Shown: positions 27,447 through 39,376, numbered from the stretch's first letter. The stretch is 64,000 nt of DNA from an uncultured Gammaproteobacteria bacterium (GCA_964515785.1 CAZEWH010000001.1:11730-75729); one strand, 5' to 3'. Notes: generated by a model from the letters alone, not told the origin. Program-made: numbers and translations.

Positions 27447-28878
27447 ATTTTATATCACAACTCCAATATATTATGTAAATGATAAGCCGCATATAGGTCA
27501 TGCTTATACGACTATTGTGGCTGATGTTTTGGCACGTCATTATCGTCAAAAACTGGGAGACAAGGCAGTTTATTTTTTGACTGGCACAGACGAACATGGC
27601 GCCAAGATTGCAGAAGCTGCCACTAAAGCCAATATCAGTCCCCAAGAATTTACTGATCAAATAACTCAAGAGTTCAAAACAGCTTGGGAAAATCTTGATA
27701 TAAAATATAATGACTTTATCAGGACCACAGAAGATAGACACAAAAAAATAGTTGTAGATATTTTAGAAAAATTAAAACAAACTGGTGCTCTATATGAAGC
27801 TGACTATGAAGGCTTGTACTGTGTGGGTTGTGAAAAATTTTTTACAGAAAACGATCTAGTAGATGGTAAATGTCCTGATCATGACAGAGAACCAGAGCAG
27901 GTCACAGAAAAAAATTGGTTTTTTAAACTAGCCGACTATTTGCCAGCTATAAAAAAGAAAATAGAATCTGACGAGTTAAAAATTTATCCTGAAACTCGTA
28001 AAAACGAAGTACTTGGTTTGATCAAACAAGGCATTCCTGATTTTTCTATTTCTCGATCAAATAAGTCTGTACCTTGGGGCATAGATTTGCCTTGGGATTC
28101 AGAGCAAAAAGCTTATGTCTGGGTAGATGCTTTATCCAATTATATTACAGCCTTGGATTATCCTGATGGTAAGTTGTTTGAAAAATTTTGGCCAGCTGAC
28201 AAACAATTTTTAGCTCTAGATATTTTAAAGTTTCATACTTTATATTGGCCGGCTATTTTAATGGCTTTAGAAATTGAACTTCCTAGAGAACTAGACATTC
28301 ATGGATTTTTTACAATCAATGGTCAGAAGATGTCAAAGACTCTGGGTAATGTCATTAGTCCCAATGAACTAGTAGATAAGTATGGTGCAGAAGTAAGCAA
28401 GTATTTGATTTTGTCTCAATTTTCTTTTGGCTCAGAATCAGATATTCGTGTTGATCATTTTACAGAAAAGTACAATGCTGATTTAGTAAACGGCCTTGGT
28501 AATCTTGTAAATAGAGTGACAAATATGATAGAAAAATATTTGGACGGCAAAGTAGATAAATTAAATAAAACAAATTTTGTAGAGCAAATAAACTCCAAAA
28601 TAGAATCTCTCAAATTACGTGAAGCATTGTTAGATATCTGGAAATTGATCCAAGAATCAAATCATCTAGTAGATGATGCCAAGCCTTGGGATTTAGCAAA
28701 AAACAACGAAGATGATAAAATAAAAGAGGTACTACAAACTTTGAGTAATAACCTGTATAATATAGCTGTAGCTTTGGAGCCTTTTATGCCCAATACATCT
28801 CAGCAAATTGTAGATATAATAACAGCTAAGCAGATCACAAAACCAGACAAACCTTTATTTCCTAGATTAAATAATTAA
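27436..28878 (+). CDS. metG: methionyl-tRNA synthetase
   Basis: 480 aa; HIGH (KPHIGHAYT) and KMSKS (KMSKT) motifs; CxxC knuckle CVGCEKF..CPDH. Confidence 0.95.
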   Translation: MKNKFYITTPIYYVNDKPHIGHAYTTIVADVLARHYRQKLGDKAVYFLTGTDEHGAKIAEAATKANISPQEFTDQITQEFKTAWENLDIKYNDFIRTTEDRHKKIVVDILEKLKQTGALYEADYEGLYCVGCEKFFTENDLVDGKCPDHDREPEQVTEKNWFFKLADYLPAIKKKIESDELKIYPETRKNEVLGLIKQGIPDFSISRSNKSVPWGIDLPWDSEQKAYVWVDALSNYITALDYPDGKLFEKFWPADKQFLALDILKFHTLYWPAILMALEIELPRELDIHGFFTINGQKMSKTLGNVISPNELVDKYGAEVSKYLILSQFSFGSESDIRVDHFTEKYNADLVNGLGNLVNRVTNMIEKYLDGKVDKLNKTNFVEQINSKIESLKLREALLDIWKLIQESNHLVDDAKPWDLAKNNEDDKIKEVLQTLSNNLYNIAVALEPFMPNTSQQIVDIITAKQITKPDKPLFPRLNN

Positions 28879-28884
28879 AAAACT

Positions 28885-29115
28885 ATGTTTGAAAACAGGA
28901 TAACCCCATTACAAAGACTAAGGAAAAGATTTCCCAATATTTATTCTATTTTAATCAGTATTGCCTTTATTTTATATTTACGAGGTTTATTGGGTATAAT
29001 GGATTTATTGGTTTTTCCTGGCGACAAATTTTTGAGTTATAGTGTTTCTATTGTTTTGGGATTATTGTTTTTGTTTTTAAATGATTTTAAATTAAAAGAA
29101 ATAGAAAGAGAATAA
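28885..29115 (+). CDS. hypothetical small membrane protein
   Basis: 76 aa with two TM segments; followed by GC hairpin 29126-29150. Confidence 0.35.
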   Translation: MFENRITPLQRLRKRFPNIYSILISIAFILYLRGLLGIMDLLVFPGDKFLSYSVSIVLGLLFLFLNDFKLKEIERE

Positions 29116-29180
29116 ATATAAAGCCTGATCGTCCCGCCGGAGGCAGGACAATAGAAGAGCATTAATATTAAATAAAAATT

Positions 29181-29687
29181 ATGAATTTTTTAGACATCAT
29201 TTTATTAATAGTACTTTTTTTCTTTGTTTGGAGAGGATTTAGAGCTGGTATTGTAGGAGCTATTGGTGGCTTGGTTGGTATTATTGCTGGTATTTGGGCT
29301 GGATCAAATTATATGCACCTAGTATCTGAATGGCTCATGGATGTAGTCAACCTTGGTAATGAAGGTCTAGCCAAAATTGTGGCTTTTATTGTTATCTTTA
29401 TTGTTGTTAATGTTGCTATAGGTCTAGTAGTTGGTATTATTAACAAAATTTTTCATATTATTCCTTTCATCAATCTAGCCAATAAACTATTGGGAGCTAT
29501 CATTGGTTTGATTGGTGGCTCTTTGGGTATTGCAGCTTTAGTATATCTGATGTCTATTTTGCCAATTAGCAATACTATTAGTGATATGCTGATTGCTTCA
29601 CAAGTAGCTGATTGGGCTATGATGATAGCTGTTATTATCAAACCTTTTATTCCAGCAGCTCTCAATGAATTAAAATCTATACTCTAA
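29181..29687 (+). CDS. cvpA: CvpA-family membrane protein
   Basis: 168 aa; N-terminal MNFLDIILLIVLFFFVWRGFRAG typical of CvpA; 4 TM. Confidence 0.75.
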   Translation: MNFLDIILLIVLFFFVWRGFRAGIVGAIGGLVGIIAGIWAGSNYMHLVSEWLMDVVNLGNEGLAKIVAFIVIFIVVNVAIGLVVGIINKIFHIIPFINLANKLLGAIIGLIGGSLGIAALVYLMSILPISNTISDMLIASQVADWAMMIAVIIKPFIPAALNELKSIL

Positions 29688-30466
29688 TGTTGATTGATTC
29701 TCACTGCCATCTAAATTTCAAAGCATATAATGACGATCTATCAGAAGTGGTAGATCGTTGTCATCAAGCTGACATGAAAGTCATCAATGTTGGAGCTGCT
29801 TATGATACTTCTGTCAGGGCAATTGAGCTTACATCAGAAAAAAATTTTTATGCTTCTATTGGTTTGCATCCTATACATGTTTTTGACGAAGAATTTGATA
29901 TTAAAAAATATCAAGAGCTGATAGATAATAACAAAAAAATCATAGCCATAGGCGAGACTGGTTTTGATTATTGGCATATGTCACCTGAGAAGGGCAAAGC
30001 CAAACAGCAAGAAGTATTTGCTGCTCATATCCAATTAGCCAAAGACAATGACTTACCATTGATAGTCCATGGCCGCAACGGCCAAGATCACGAATCAGCC
30101 TATCAAGACATTTATAATATTTTAAAAACACATGATGTCAATAAAGGTGTGGTGCATTGTTATGGTGGAAATTTAGAAGAAGCCAAGAAATTTGTGGATT
30201 TAGGTTTGCATTTGGGTTTTACTGGTATTGTTACTTTCAAAAAGGCAGAAGAGTTGCAAGCTATTGCCAAATGGATTCCATTTGCTAAGATGCTAATAGA
30301 GACTGATGCGCCTTATTTGACACCAGAACCCTATCGTGGCAAGCGCAATGAACCTGAGTTTGTCAAATATGTAGCGCAACATATTGCCAAGCTTAGACAT
30401 ATGGAAGAAGAAGATGTTGTAGAAATTACCGGCCAAAATGCCATTGAATTGTTTAAATTAAAATAA
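29687..30466 (+). CDS. tatD: TatD-family metal-dependent hydrolase/DNase
   Basis: 259 aa; MLIDSHCHLN, GETGFDY, VVHCYG motifs; 1-nt overlap with cvpA. Confidence 0.9.
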   Translation: MLIDSHCHLNFKAYNDDLSEVVDRCHQADMKVINVGAAYDTSVRAIELTSEKNFYASIGLHPIHVFDEEFDIKKYQELIDNNKKIIAIGETGFDYWHMSPEKGKAKQQEVFAAHIQLAKDNDLPLIVHGRNGQDHESAYQDIYNILKTHDVNKGVVHCYGGNLEEAKKFVDLGLHLGFTGIVTFKKAEELQAIAKWIPFAKMLIETDAPYLTPEPYRGKRNEPEFVKYVAQHIAKLRHMEEEDVVEITGQNAIELFKLK

Positions 30467-30467
30467 T

Positions 30468-31511
30468 ATGGAATATTTAAATACTATTTTAATAGTCATC
30501 GCCTTTGGAGTTATTATTTGGTTGATGATGAAAAATAAGCAGCCTGTTGAACAAAAAGACGACAAGGCTACTTTGATGTTGCAACAGCAAGTCAGTGACT
30601 TGAGCAAACAACTTGGTGAAAAAATAGATCAGACTACTCATCGTTCTGCCAAGATGTTGCAAGATCAGTTTATAGAAACTTCTCGCATTTCCAAAGACAT
30701 GACAGAGAAATTATTAAAGCTTGAAGAAACCAATAAACAAGTGGTTGGTTTTACTGATCAGTTACAAAATCTTGAAAAAGTACTGACCAATGCCAAGACT
30801 CGCGGTAATCTTGGCGAAGCAAGTCTTGAAATGATTTTAGCAAATATTTTGCCGCCGCAGAGTTTTGAAATGCAATATCATTTTAAAAACAACGAAGCAG
30901 TTGATGCAGTTGTTAAGATCAAAGACAAAGTTTTACCAGTTGATGCCAAATTTTCTCTAGAAAATTATCGCCGTATTATAGACGAAAAAGATAAAAGCAA
31001 AAAAGAAATTCTTGAAAAAGAATTTAAAAACGACCTGAAAAAACGAATCGACGAAACAGCTAAATATATTCGCCCAAATGAAGATACTCTAGAGTTTGCT
31101 TTTATGTTTATTCCAGCTGAAGGAATTTATTATGATCTGCTTATCAACGAAGTAGGTGCTGTCAAAGTTAACACTCGTAGCTTGATTGATTATGCTTTTA
31201 ATGAAAAAAAAGTCGTCATAGTATCACCAACTACTTTTGCAGCTTATTTACAGACAGTATTACAGGGCCTGAAAGCTTTACAAATAGAGGAATCTGCTAA
31301 AGAGATTCGCAAAAATGTTGAAAAATTGCAAAAACATATGCTAGCTTATGCAGATTTTCATAAAAAATTGGGTAATCAGATTTCTACAGTTACTAATACT
31401 TATAATATATCTAGCAAAGAATTCAAAAAAATCGACAAAGATATCCTTAAAATAAGCGAAAAAGGTGGGGATTTGGAGCTGGAAGAACTAGATAAGCCTA
31501 GATTAGAGTAA
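30468..31511 (+). CDS. rmuC: DNA recombination protein RmuC
   Basis: 347 aa; N-terminal TM, coiled coil, RmuC C-terminal domain (NAKTRGNLGEASLEMIL). Confidence 0.8.
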   Translation: MEYLNTILIVIAFGVIIWLMMKNKQPVEQKDDKATLMLQQQVSDLSKQLGEKIDQTTHRSAKMLQDQFIETSRISKDMTEKLLKLEETNKQVVGFTDQLQNLEKVLTNAKTRGNLGEASLEMILANILPPQSFEMQYHFKNNEAVDAVVKIKDKVLPVDAKFSLENYRRIIDEKDKSKKEILEKEFKNDLKKRIDETAKYIRPNEDTLEFAFMFIPAEGIYYDLLINEVGAVKVNTRSLIDYAFNEKKVVIVSPTTFAAYLQTVLQGLKALQIEESAKEIRKNVEKLQKHMLAYADFHKKLGNQISTVTNTYNISSKEFKKIDKDILKISEKGGDLELEELDKPRLE

Positions 31512-31523
31512 ATTAAAACAGTA

Positions 31524-31552
31524 TTGACATTTTGGACAAGGCGGTATATAAT
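31524..31552 (+). promoter_or_regulatory. consensus promoter TTGACA-N17-TATAAT of the ATP synthase operon, with its -10 inside the loop of the rmuC terminator hairpin
   Basis: TTGACA 31524-31529, TATAAT 31547-31552; flanking AAGGCGG..CCGCCTT stem + T5. Confidence 0.65.
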
Positions 31553-31578
31553 GTAGCCGCCTTTTTGTTATTTTTTAT

Positions 31579-31887
31579 ATGCCAGATAAACAAACTAACA
31601 AAAATTTTTGGCTGCAAACAGGCCTAAAAATGTTTGCCGAAAGTACGGGCTGGATTGCCATCCCGATTATTGGCGCTCTATATTTGGGTCGCTGGCTAGA
31701 TACCAAACAAGGCACAGAACCTTTATACTTTTTAAGTATTACAGCCGGAGCTTTTATCATATCCTGTATAGGTATTGGTATGACAGGCGTCAAATATATC
31801 AGACAGATAGAAAAAGAAGATAAAAAGAAATCTCAACTAGAGAATAAAAACAATGACACAAGACAGCGAAAGTCATCAATCGAATAA
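31579..31887 (+). CDS. atpZ: small membrane protein at head of atp operon (AtpZ/AtpI-like)
   Basis: 102 aa, two TM helices; overlaps atpB start by 35 nt. Confidence 0.5.
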   Translation: MPDKQTNKNFWLQTGLKMFAESTGWIAIPIIGALYLGRWLDTKQGTEPLYFLSITAGAFIISCIGIGMTGVKYIRQIEKEDKKKSQLENKNNDTRQRKSSIE

Positions 31888-32734
31888 GATATTAGATAAT
31901 GAAGAACATGATGTTGCAACTGGAGAACACGCAGTTGAAGAACATCATGAAGCTCATGCTGAGCACGAACATACATTATATTCCGAGCCCCTATTTGATA
32001 TAGGTCAGTTTACAGTGACCAATTCACTGCTTACTTCTTGGGTAGCAGTTTTTTTAATTATTTTGTTATCGATTGCTATTCGTCGTAAGACCAAAAAAAT
32101 TCCAGGAGTTTTTCAGAGTATTATGGAAAAAGTTGTCGAAGGTGCACTGGGTATGATGGATATGGTGACCAACGATCGTAAGAAAAGTAAAAAAATTTTT
32201 CCGATTATATTTTCTATATTTATTTTTATATTAATAAATAACTGGCTTGGTCTAATCCCTGGCATTGGCTCGATTACTTACAACGGCACTGCTTTATTGC
32301 GTGGCGGTACAGCTGATCTCAACACTACACTAGCTCTAGGATTATTTGGAGTAGTAGCTGCTAATATTTTTGGTATTGTTGTAGTCGGCGGGTGGAGTTA
32401 TTTCAACAAATTTATAAACCTCAAAGCTTTGATAGATATTCCCCGTAAGATAAAGAAAGAACCAACTATTGTTTTGATCAATCCTATTCAGTTTTTTGTC
32501 GGTCTAGTTGAAATTATTTCTGAAGTTGCTAAAATTGCTTCATTATCATTTCGTCTTTTTGGCAACATATTTGCTGGTGAAGTTTTATTGGCTTCTATTG
32601 CTGCAATGATTGCCTGGGGTGTACCATTACCATTTATGTTTTTGGAAATTATAGTAGGTATTATTCAGGCTTTGATTTTTGCTATACTGACGCTGGTGTA
32701 TTTTACTATAGCCTCTACAGAACACGAGCATTAA
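31853..32734 (+). CDS. atpB: F-type ATP synthase subunit a with His/Glu-rich N-terminal extension
   Basis: 293 aa; conserved LSFRLFGNIFAGE (essential Arg); N-terminal EEHDVATGEHAVEEHHEAHAEHEH. Confidence 0.9.
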   Translation: MTQDSESHQSNKILDNEEHDVATGEHAVEEHHEAHAEHEHTLYSEPLFDIGQFTVTNSLLTSWVAVFLIILLSIAIRRKTKKIPGVFQSIMEKVVEGALGMMDMVTNDRKKSKKIFPIIFSIFIFILINNWLGLIPGIGSITYNGTALLRGGTADLNTTLALGLFGVVAANIFGIVVVGGWSYFNKFINLKALIDIPRKIKKEPTIVLINPIQFFVGLVEIISEVAKIASLSFRLFGNIFAGEVLLASIAAMIAWGVPLPFMFLEIIVGIIQALIFAILTLVYFTIASTEHEH

Positions 32735-32740
32735 TTTTGT

Positions 32741-32810
32741 GTCATTTCGACTGAAGTGGAGAAATCTAGTTTATAGATCTCTCGACTGCGCTCGAGATGA
32801 CAGAAGTTAT
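32741..32810. repeat. palindromic intergenic element of TGTCATTNCGA..AATCTAG type
   Basis: GTCATTTCGACTGAAGTGGAGAAATCTAG / AGATCTCTCGACTGCGCTCGAGATGAC imperfect inverted repeat. Confidence 0.6.
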
Positions 32811-32859
32811 CAAAATTACAAAATAATTAATTAAATAACAAAGGCGACGTAAAAAATAA

Positions 32860-33159
<300 letters not shown>

Positions 33160-33221
33160 ATTATTTTGTCTGTTCTGGATTTATTCCAGGACAGCTATAA
33201 ATAATTAATTTATTATTTAAT

Positions 33222-33716
33222 ATGGAAATTTTAGAATTATTTGGAGTTGATTGGAAACTAATGCTAGCGCAATTGGTCAACTTTGCTATTGTGGTTTTTG
33301 TTTTATGGAAATTTGCTATCAAACCATTGATGGCTACTATGGAAGAACGCAACAAAGAAATTTCTAAAGGTTTGGATGATGCCAAGTCAGCTACAGAACG
33401 TCTTGATCAAGTAGAACAAGAAGTCAAAACCAAACTCAATGAAGTCAAACAAGAAGGAGCTGTAGTTTTGGACAAAGCTCGTAAGCAATCAGAATCAGAA
33501 CGCCAAGCAACTATTGATAAAACAAAACAAGAAGTAGAAACAGTAATTGCCAAAGCCAAAGAACAGATTCAAGCTGAAAAAACTGCTATGGTTTCAGAAG
33601 TGAAAAAAGAAGTGGCTGATATGGTAGTGATTGCTTTGCAAAAGATTTTATCTGAAAATCTTAGTAAAGATCTTGATCAAAAATATATAGACAAAGTATT
33701 GAAAGATATTAGTTAA
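33222..33716 (+). CDS. atpF: F-type ATP synthase subunit b
   Basis: 164 aa; N-terminal TM then long charged helix. Confidence 0.85.
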   Translation: MEILELFGVDWKLMLAQLVNFAIVVFVLWKFAIKPLMATMEERNKEISKGLDDAKSATERLDQVEQEVKTKLNEVKQEGAVVLDKARKQSESERQATIDKTKQEVETVIAKAKEQIQAEKTAMVSEVKKEVADMVVIALQKILSENLSKDLDQKYIDKVLKDIS

Positions 33717-33720
33717 TAAT

Positions 33721-33800
33721 CTGTCATTACGAGGAACATAGTGACGAAGTAATCTAAAAACTATTAGATTGCCACGCCCTACGGGCTCGCAATGACAATA
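33721..33800. repeat. palindromic intergenic element (TGTCATTACGAGG..AATCTAA / TTAGATTG..CTCGCAATGACA), same family as 32741-32810
   Basis: terminal inverted repeats TGTCATT[A/G]CGAG...AATCTAA. Confidence 0.6.
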
Positions 33801-33813
33801 GTAAAATAAGTTT

Positions 33814-34209
33814 ATGAAAGACAAAGATAAAGCAAAAATTTTAGCCAAAGCCATTTATCAGGCTCTGCAAGATAAAGATAATAAAGAAATTATTTCTAGC
33901 TTTTCTGATTATCTAAAAAGCCATAGATTAGTATATTTGATTCCAGTGATTTTGAAAGAATTAGAAAAAATAAATCTTATAGCTACTGGCCATATTGCAG
34001 CTACTGTCACAAGCAAAGATGAATTAGATAATAAAGAAGTAAATGAAATTAAAAATATTATAGAACAACGTAGCTCCAAAAAAGTTATTATCAAAGAAGA
34101 ATTAGATCAAAATATATTGGGAGGAGTAGTTATCAAGTATCAAGATAAATTGCTTGATCTTTCTCTCAAAAAACATCTTAATAGTTTAAGTAAAGCATTA
34201 TCAAATTAA
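33814..34209 (+). CDS. atpH: F-type ATP synthase subunit delta (short form)
   Basis: 131 aa; C-terminal ILGGVVIKYQDKLLDLSLKKHL resembles OSCP/delta C-terminus; operon position. Confidence 0.65.
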   Translation: MKDKDKAKILAKAIYQALQDKDNKEIISSFSDYLKSHRLVYLIPVILKELEKINLIATGHIAATVTSKDELDNKEVNEIKNIIEQRSSKKVIIKEELDQNILGGVVIKYQDKLLDLSLKKHLNSLSKALSN

Positions 34210-34221
34210 ATAAATAATAAT

Positions 34222-35724
34222 ATGTCTTACGATTATTTAGTAAAAAGTTTACAAAAGCAACTTAGTGACTGGCAAGCTTCTTCTGGAGAAGAAACTGTTG
34301 GTGAGGTTATTGAAGTTGGTGATGGTATTGCCAAGGTAGCTGGTCTATCTGATGTCATGGCTTCAGAAATGCTTGAATTCGAAACTCAAAGCAATGACAA
34401 GATCTATGGTGTAGCTCTCAATCTAGAAGAATATGCAGTGGGTGCTATTATCCTCGGAGATTTTGAAGCTCTACGTGAAGGTGACAAAGTCCGCTCTACC
34501 AAACGTATTTTAGAAGTACCAGTTGGTGAAGCAGTAGTTGGTCGCGTAGTTGATCCATTGGGTCAGGCTTTAGATGGCAAAGGCAAGATTGAATCAGAAA
34601 AACATTATCCAGTTGAAAAGATTGCTCCTGGTGTTATTGCTCGTCAATCAGTAAATTCTCCAATTGAAACTGGTATCAAAGTAATTGATTCTATTATTCC
34701 GATTGGTAAAGGTCAACGTGAGCTTATCATTGGTGATCGTCAGACTGGTAAAACTGCTCTGGCAATTGATGCTATTATCAATCAAAAGGGTAAAGATGTA
34801 ATTTGTATTTATGTAGCTATTGGTCAAAAAGAATCAAAGATTGCTCGTATTCTTGGAAAGCTCGAAGAAACTGGTGCTATGGATTATACAACTATAGTAT
34901 TGGCTGGTGCCTCTGACTCAGCTGCTCTATCATATATTGCGCCATATGCTGGCTGTGCTATGGGAGAATATTTTATGGATCAAGGCAAAGATGTCTTGGT
35001 GATTTATGATGATTTATCTAAACATGCGGTCGCTTATCGTCAAGTTTCTTTACTTCTACGTCGTCCTCCAGGACGTGAAGCTTATCCTGGCGATGTATTT
35101 TATTTACATTCACGTCTCTTAGAAAGAGCTGCTCGCATGAGTGATGAACTTGGTGGTGGTTCTTTGACTGCTTTACCAATTATTGAAACTCAAGCTGGCG
35201 ATATTTCTGCTTATATTCCAACTAATGTAATTTCTATTACAGACGGACAGATTTTCTTGGAAACAGACTTATTTAATAAAGGCATTAGACCTGCTCTAAA
35301 TGCTGGACTATCTGTATCTCGTGTTGGATCAGCTGCTCAGATCAAAGCTATGAAAAAAGTAGCAGGAAAATTAAAACTTGATCTTGCTCAATATAGAGAA
35401 TTAGAAGCTTTTGCTCAATTTGGATCAGATCTTGATGATGCTACTCGTCAACAATTAAATAGAGGAGCTCGTATTACAGAAATTTTGAAGCAAGGACAAT
35501 TTGTCCCTATAGATCAAGCCAAACAAGTTGCTATTATTTATGCAGTATCAAATGGTCTATTAGATGAAGTAGCTGTAGAAGGTCTAGCTAAATTTGAAAA
35601 AGATTTATTTGCAAAATTAGACAATGAAGCCAAAGATGTTTTAGATAATATTACTAAGACTGGTGAGCTATCAGAATCTGATGAAGAAAAATTAAAGAAA
35701 ATAATTACAGAATTAGTAAATTAA
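34222..35724 (+). CDS. atpA: F-type ATP synthase subunit alpha
   Basis: 500 aa; P-loop GDRQTGKT; highly conserved throughout. Confidence 0.97.
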   Translation: MSYDYLVKSLQKQLSDWQASSGEETVGEVIEVGDGIAKVAGLSDVMASEMLEFETQSNDKIYGVALNLEEYAVGAIILGDFEALREGDKVRSTKRILEVPVGEAVVGRVVDPLGQALDGKGKIESEKHYPVEKIAPGVIARQSVNSPIETGIKVIDSIIPIGKGQRELIIGDRQTGKTALAIDAIINQKGKDVICIYVAIGQKESKIARILGKLEETGAMDYTTIVLAGASDSAALSYIAPYAGCAMGEYFMDQGKDVLVIYDDLSKHAVAYRQVSLLLRRPPGREAYPGDVFYLHSRLLERAARMSDELGGGSLTALPIIETQAGDISAYIPTNVISITDGQIFLETDLFNKGIRPALNAGLSVSRVGSAAQIKAMKKVAGKLKLDLAQYRELEAFAQFGSDLDDATRQQLNRGARITEILKQGQFVPIDQAKQVAIIYAVSNGLLDEVAVEGLAKFEKDLFAKLDNEAKDVLDNITKTGELSESDEEKLKKIITELVN

Positions 35725-35725
35725 T

Positions 35726-36646
35726 ATGCCTCAAGCAACTAGAGACATCAAAAGAAGGATCAAGTCGGTTACCAATACTCATAAGATTACCAAAGCTATG
35801 GAATTGGTGGCGGCTTCCAAAATGCGTAAGGCAGTTGCCAAAGTATTGGCTACTCGCTCTTATGCTGATTTGACCTGGGCTACAGTTTTACGTTTGGTCA
35901 AAAGACTAGATGCTTTGAGCCATCCTTTTTTTCAAGAAGCTGATGAGATCAAAAATGTCGCTGTGGTCTTGATTAGTACCAATAGAGGCTTGTGTGGTAG
36001 TTTCAATTCCAATTTAGTCATGAAAGTAGTTGATTCTATCAAACTTCATCATCCTGATAGTCGAGTGACTGATTTGATCACTCTTGGTAGTCGTGGTCGC
36101 GATGAAGCTCGTCGTCATGGTCTAAATATTATTGCTGATTTTGATAAAGAAGATATAACGCAAGATTCTACGATTATTAGACCAGTTGCTAATATGATTA
36201 TCAAAGATTTTGTAGCCAAAAAATATGATAAAGTTTTTGTAGCTTATGTTGATTTTCAATCTTCACTCAAGCAGATGCCACATGTCAAACAATTATTACC
36301 AATTGTACCGGAGATTGATGATAGATTGGGTCATATTGTCCATTCAGCAGAAAAAGAAGTCAATGGCAATATTGATTTAAGCAATGTACCTGAATTTGTT
36401 TTTGAACCAGGTCGTCATGCAGTCTTAGAAGCTTTTTTACCCCGCTTGCTAGAAATCCAAACTTATCAAGCAGTCTTAGAAAGTGAAGCAAGTGAACATT
36501 CTGCTCGTATGTTTGCGATGCGTAATGCTTCTGATGCAGCCACCGAGATGATAAATGAATTAACATTAGCATATAATCAAGCTCGTCAAGCTGGTATTAC
36601 TGCCGAGTTGGCAGAAATTTCAGCTGGGGCAGCTAGTTTAGAATAG
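35726..36646 (+). CDS. atpG: F-type ATP synthase subunit gamma
   Basis: 306 aa; N- and C-terminal coiled-coil helices; operon position. Confidence 0.9.
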   Translation: MPQATRDIKRRIKSVTNTHKITKAMELVAASKMRKAVAKVLATRSYADLTWATVLRLVKRLDALSHPFFQEADEIKNVAVVLISTNRGLCGSFNSNLVMKVVDSIKLHHPDSRVTDLITLGSRGRDEARRHGLNIIADFDKEDITQDSTIIRPVANMIIKDFVAKKYDKVFVAYVDFQSSLKQMPHVKQLLPIVPEIDDRLGHIVHSAEKEVNGNIDLSNVPEFVFEPGRHAVLEAFLPRLLEIQTYQAVLESEASEHSARMFAMRNASDAATEMINELTLAYNQARQAGITAELAEISAGAASLE

Positions 36647-36664
36647 TAATAAAATTTATAATAA

Positions 36665-38050
<1,386 letters not shown>

Positions 38051-38074
38051 ACAAGCTAAAGTAGCGATTGTCTT

Positions 38075-38512
38075 ATGGCAGAGTTCAAATTAAAAATAGT
38101 AACCCCAGAAAAGACTATATTTACAGATGTAGTCACTCAAGTATCAGTGTCAACGACAACTGGTCAGATTACTATTTTGCCAAATCATATACCTCTGGTT
38201 TCACAACTTGCCCCTGGTGAGATTGTGATAAACCACAATGGCAATCAAGAAGATTTGATGGCTGTTTCAGGTGGCTTTATAGAAGTTTTGCCTGACGAAG
38301 TGATTGTTTTGGCAGATACAGCAGAACGTGCTGAAGATATAGATGAAGAACGGGCAGAAGAAGCTCGTAAAAATGCTGAAGAATTATTAAAAACCAAAGT
38401 ACAAGACGCCAAACAGTTTGCTATGTTTACAGCTATGGTAGAAAAAGAATTAGCTCGTCTACGAGTCGCTCGCAAATATAAAAAGAAAGGTGTTAGAACT
38501 AGTATTAAATAA
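38075..38512 (+). CDS. atpC: F-type ATP synthase subunit epsilon
   Basis: 145 aa; beta-sandwich + C-terminal helices. Confidence 0.85.
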   Translation: MAEFKLKIVTPEKTIFTDVVTQVSVSTTTGQITILPNHIPLVSQLAPGEIVINHNGNQEDLMAVSGGFIEVLPDEVIVLADTAERAEDIDEERAEEARKNAEELLKTKVQDAKQFAMFTAMVEKELARLRVARKYKKKGVRTSIK

Positions 38513-38517
38513 ATTAT

Positions 38518-38964
38518 ATGTTTACAGTCCCAAATGACAAATTAAATAAACATGAATGTCCCTTAGCTGTCATCAAATGTGTTGACTGGCGTTTTCGTGA
38601 ATCTGATCAAGAGTTTATTTATAAAGGTCTTGGTTTTGAAGATTTTGATCTTTATGCCTGGCCAGGTGCTGCCAAAGAAGTCCTCAAAGACAATGGCTTT
38701 AAACGAAGTTTTACAGAAAAAGTAGTGGCAGTATCTAAAAATTTACATAATATAAAAAAGCTTTTATTACTCTGGCATTGGGATTGTGGTGGTTATGGTG
38801 GTTCTAAAGCTTTTAAGACTCCCGAAGAAGAGCAGGAGACTTATGAAAAAGATCTACGAACAGTCAGAGATATGCTAGCTCCAGAACTTCCTGAAGATCT
38901 AGAAATAATTATGGCTTATAGTAAAGCCACTCCGCAAGGACTTGAATACAAAACTATAGAATAA
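38518..38964 (+). CDS. hypothetical protein with beta-carbonic-anhydrase-like zinc-ligand motifs (CxDxR ... HxxCGG), 6 nt downstream of atpC
   Basis: 148 aa; CVDWRF (Cys-x-Asp-x-Arg) and LWHWDCGGYGG (His-x-x-Cys-Gly-Gly) about 60 residues apart, as in beta-CA. Confidence 0.5.
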   Translation: MFTVPNDKLNKHECPLAVIKCVDWRFRESDQEFIYKGLGFEDFDLYAWPGAAKEVLKDNGFKRSFTEKVVAVSKNLHNIKKLLLLWHWDCGGYGGSKAFKTPEEEQETYEKDLRTVRDMLAPELPEDLEIIMAYSKATPQGLEYKTIE

Positions 38965-38971
38965 ATTAACA

Positions 38972-38996
38972 GCCCGGCGTATGCCGGGTTTTTTTG
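38972..38996 (+). terminator. intrinsic terminator of atp operon (CCCGGC-GTAT-GCCGGG + T8)
   Basis: GC stem and long T-run. Confidence 0.8.
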
Positions 38997-39081
38997 TTTA
39001 TCCTGAGCCTACCGAATGGATTGACAATAATATAAAAATATAGTTATATAGTTATGAAACGATCATTTTAAGGAGGTGTTA

Positions 39082-39372
39082 ATGCATCTAAAGTCTACTT
39101 GGGGAGCTTTATATTCATATATAAATACCCCAGATATAGAAGAACCCCCTTTGAGTCAATCTCAAAAACTGCAGAAGATCGCTGTTGCTGTAGGCGTCAC
39201 TTTGCGTACAGTCAAGAGATGGTTGAAAGAGAAAATTGAGCCCAATGCAAAAAATTTGGAAGCATTAGAAATCTTTCTGGAAGGAGAGGTAGTAGAATCA
39301 GAGGGAGAGACATATGGCTATAACCTCTCTGGTCAGTGGATAAGCCAAAATGCATATGGACAGCACATATGA
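39082..39372 (+). CDS. small HTH (XRE/Cro-like) DNA-binding protein with strong SD
   Basis: about 96 aa from ATG 39082; SD AAGGAGGTG 4 nt upstream; KLQKIAVAVGVTLRTVKRWLK helix-turn-helix; GC about 42%. Confidence 0.55.
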   Translation: MHLKSTWGALYSYINTPDIEEPPLSQSQKLQKIAVAVGVTLRTVKRWLKEKIEPNAKNLEALEIFLEGEVVESEGETYGYNLSGQWISQNAYGQHI

Positions 39373-39376
39373 ATTA

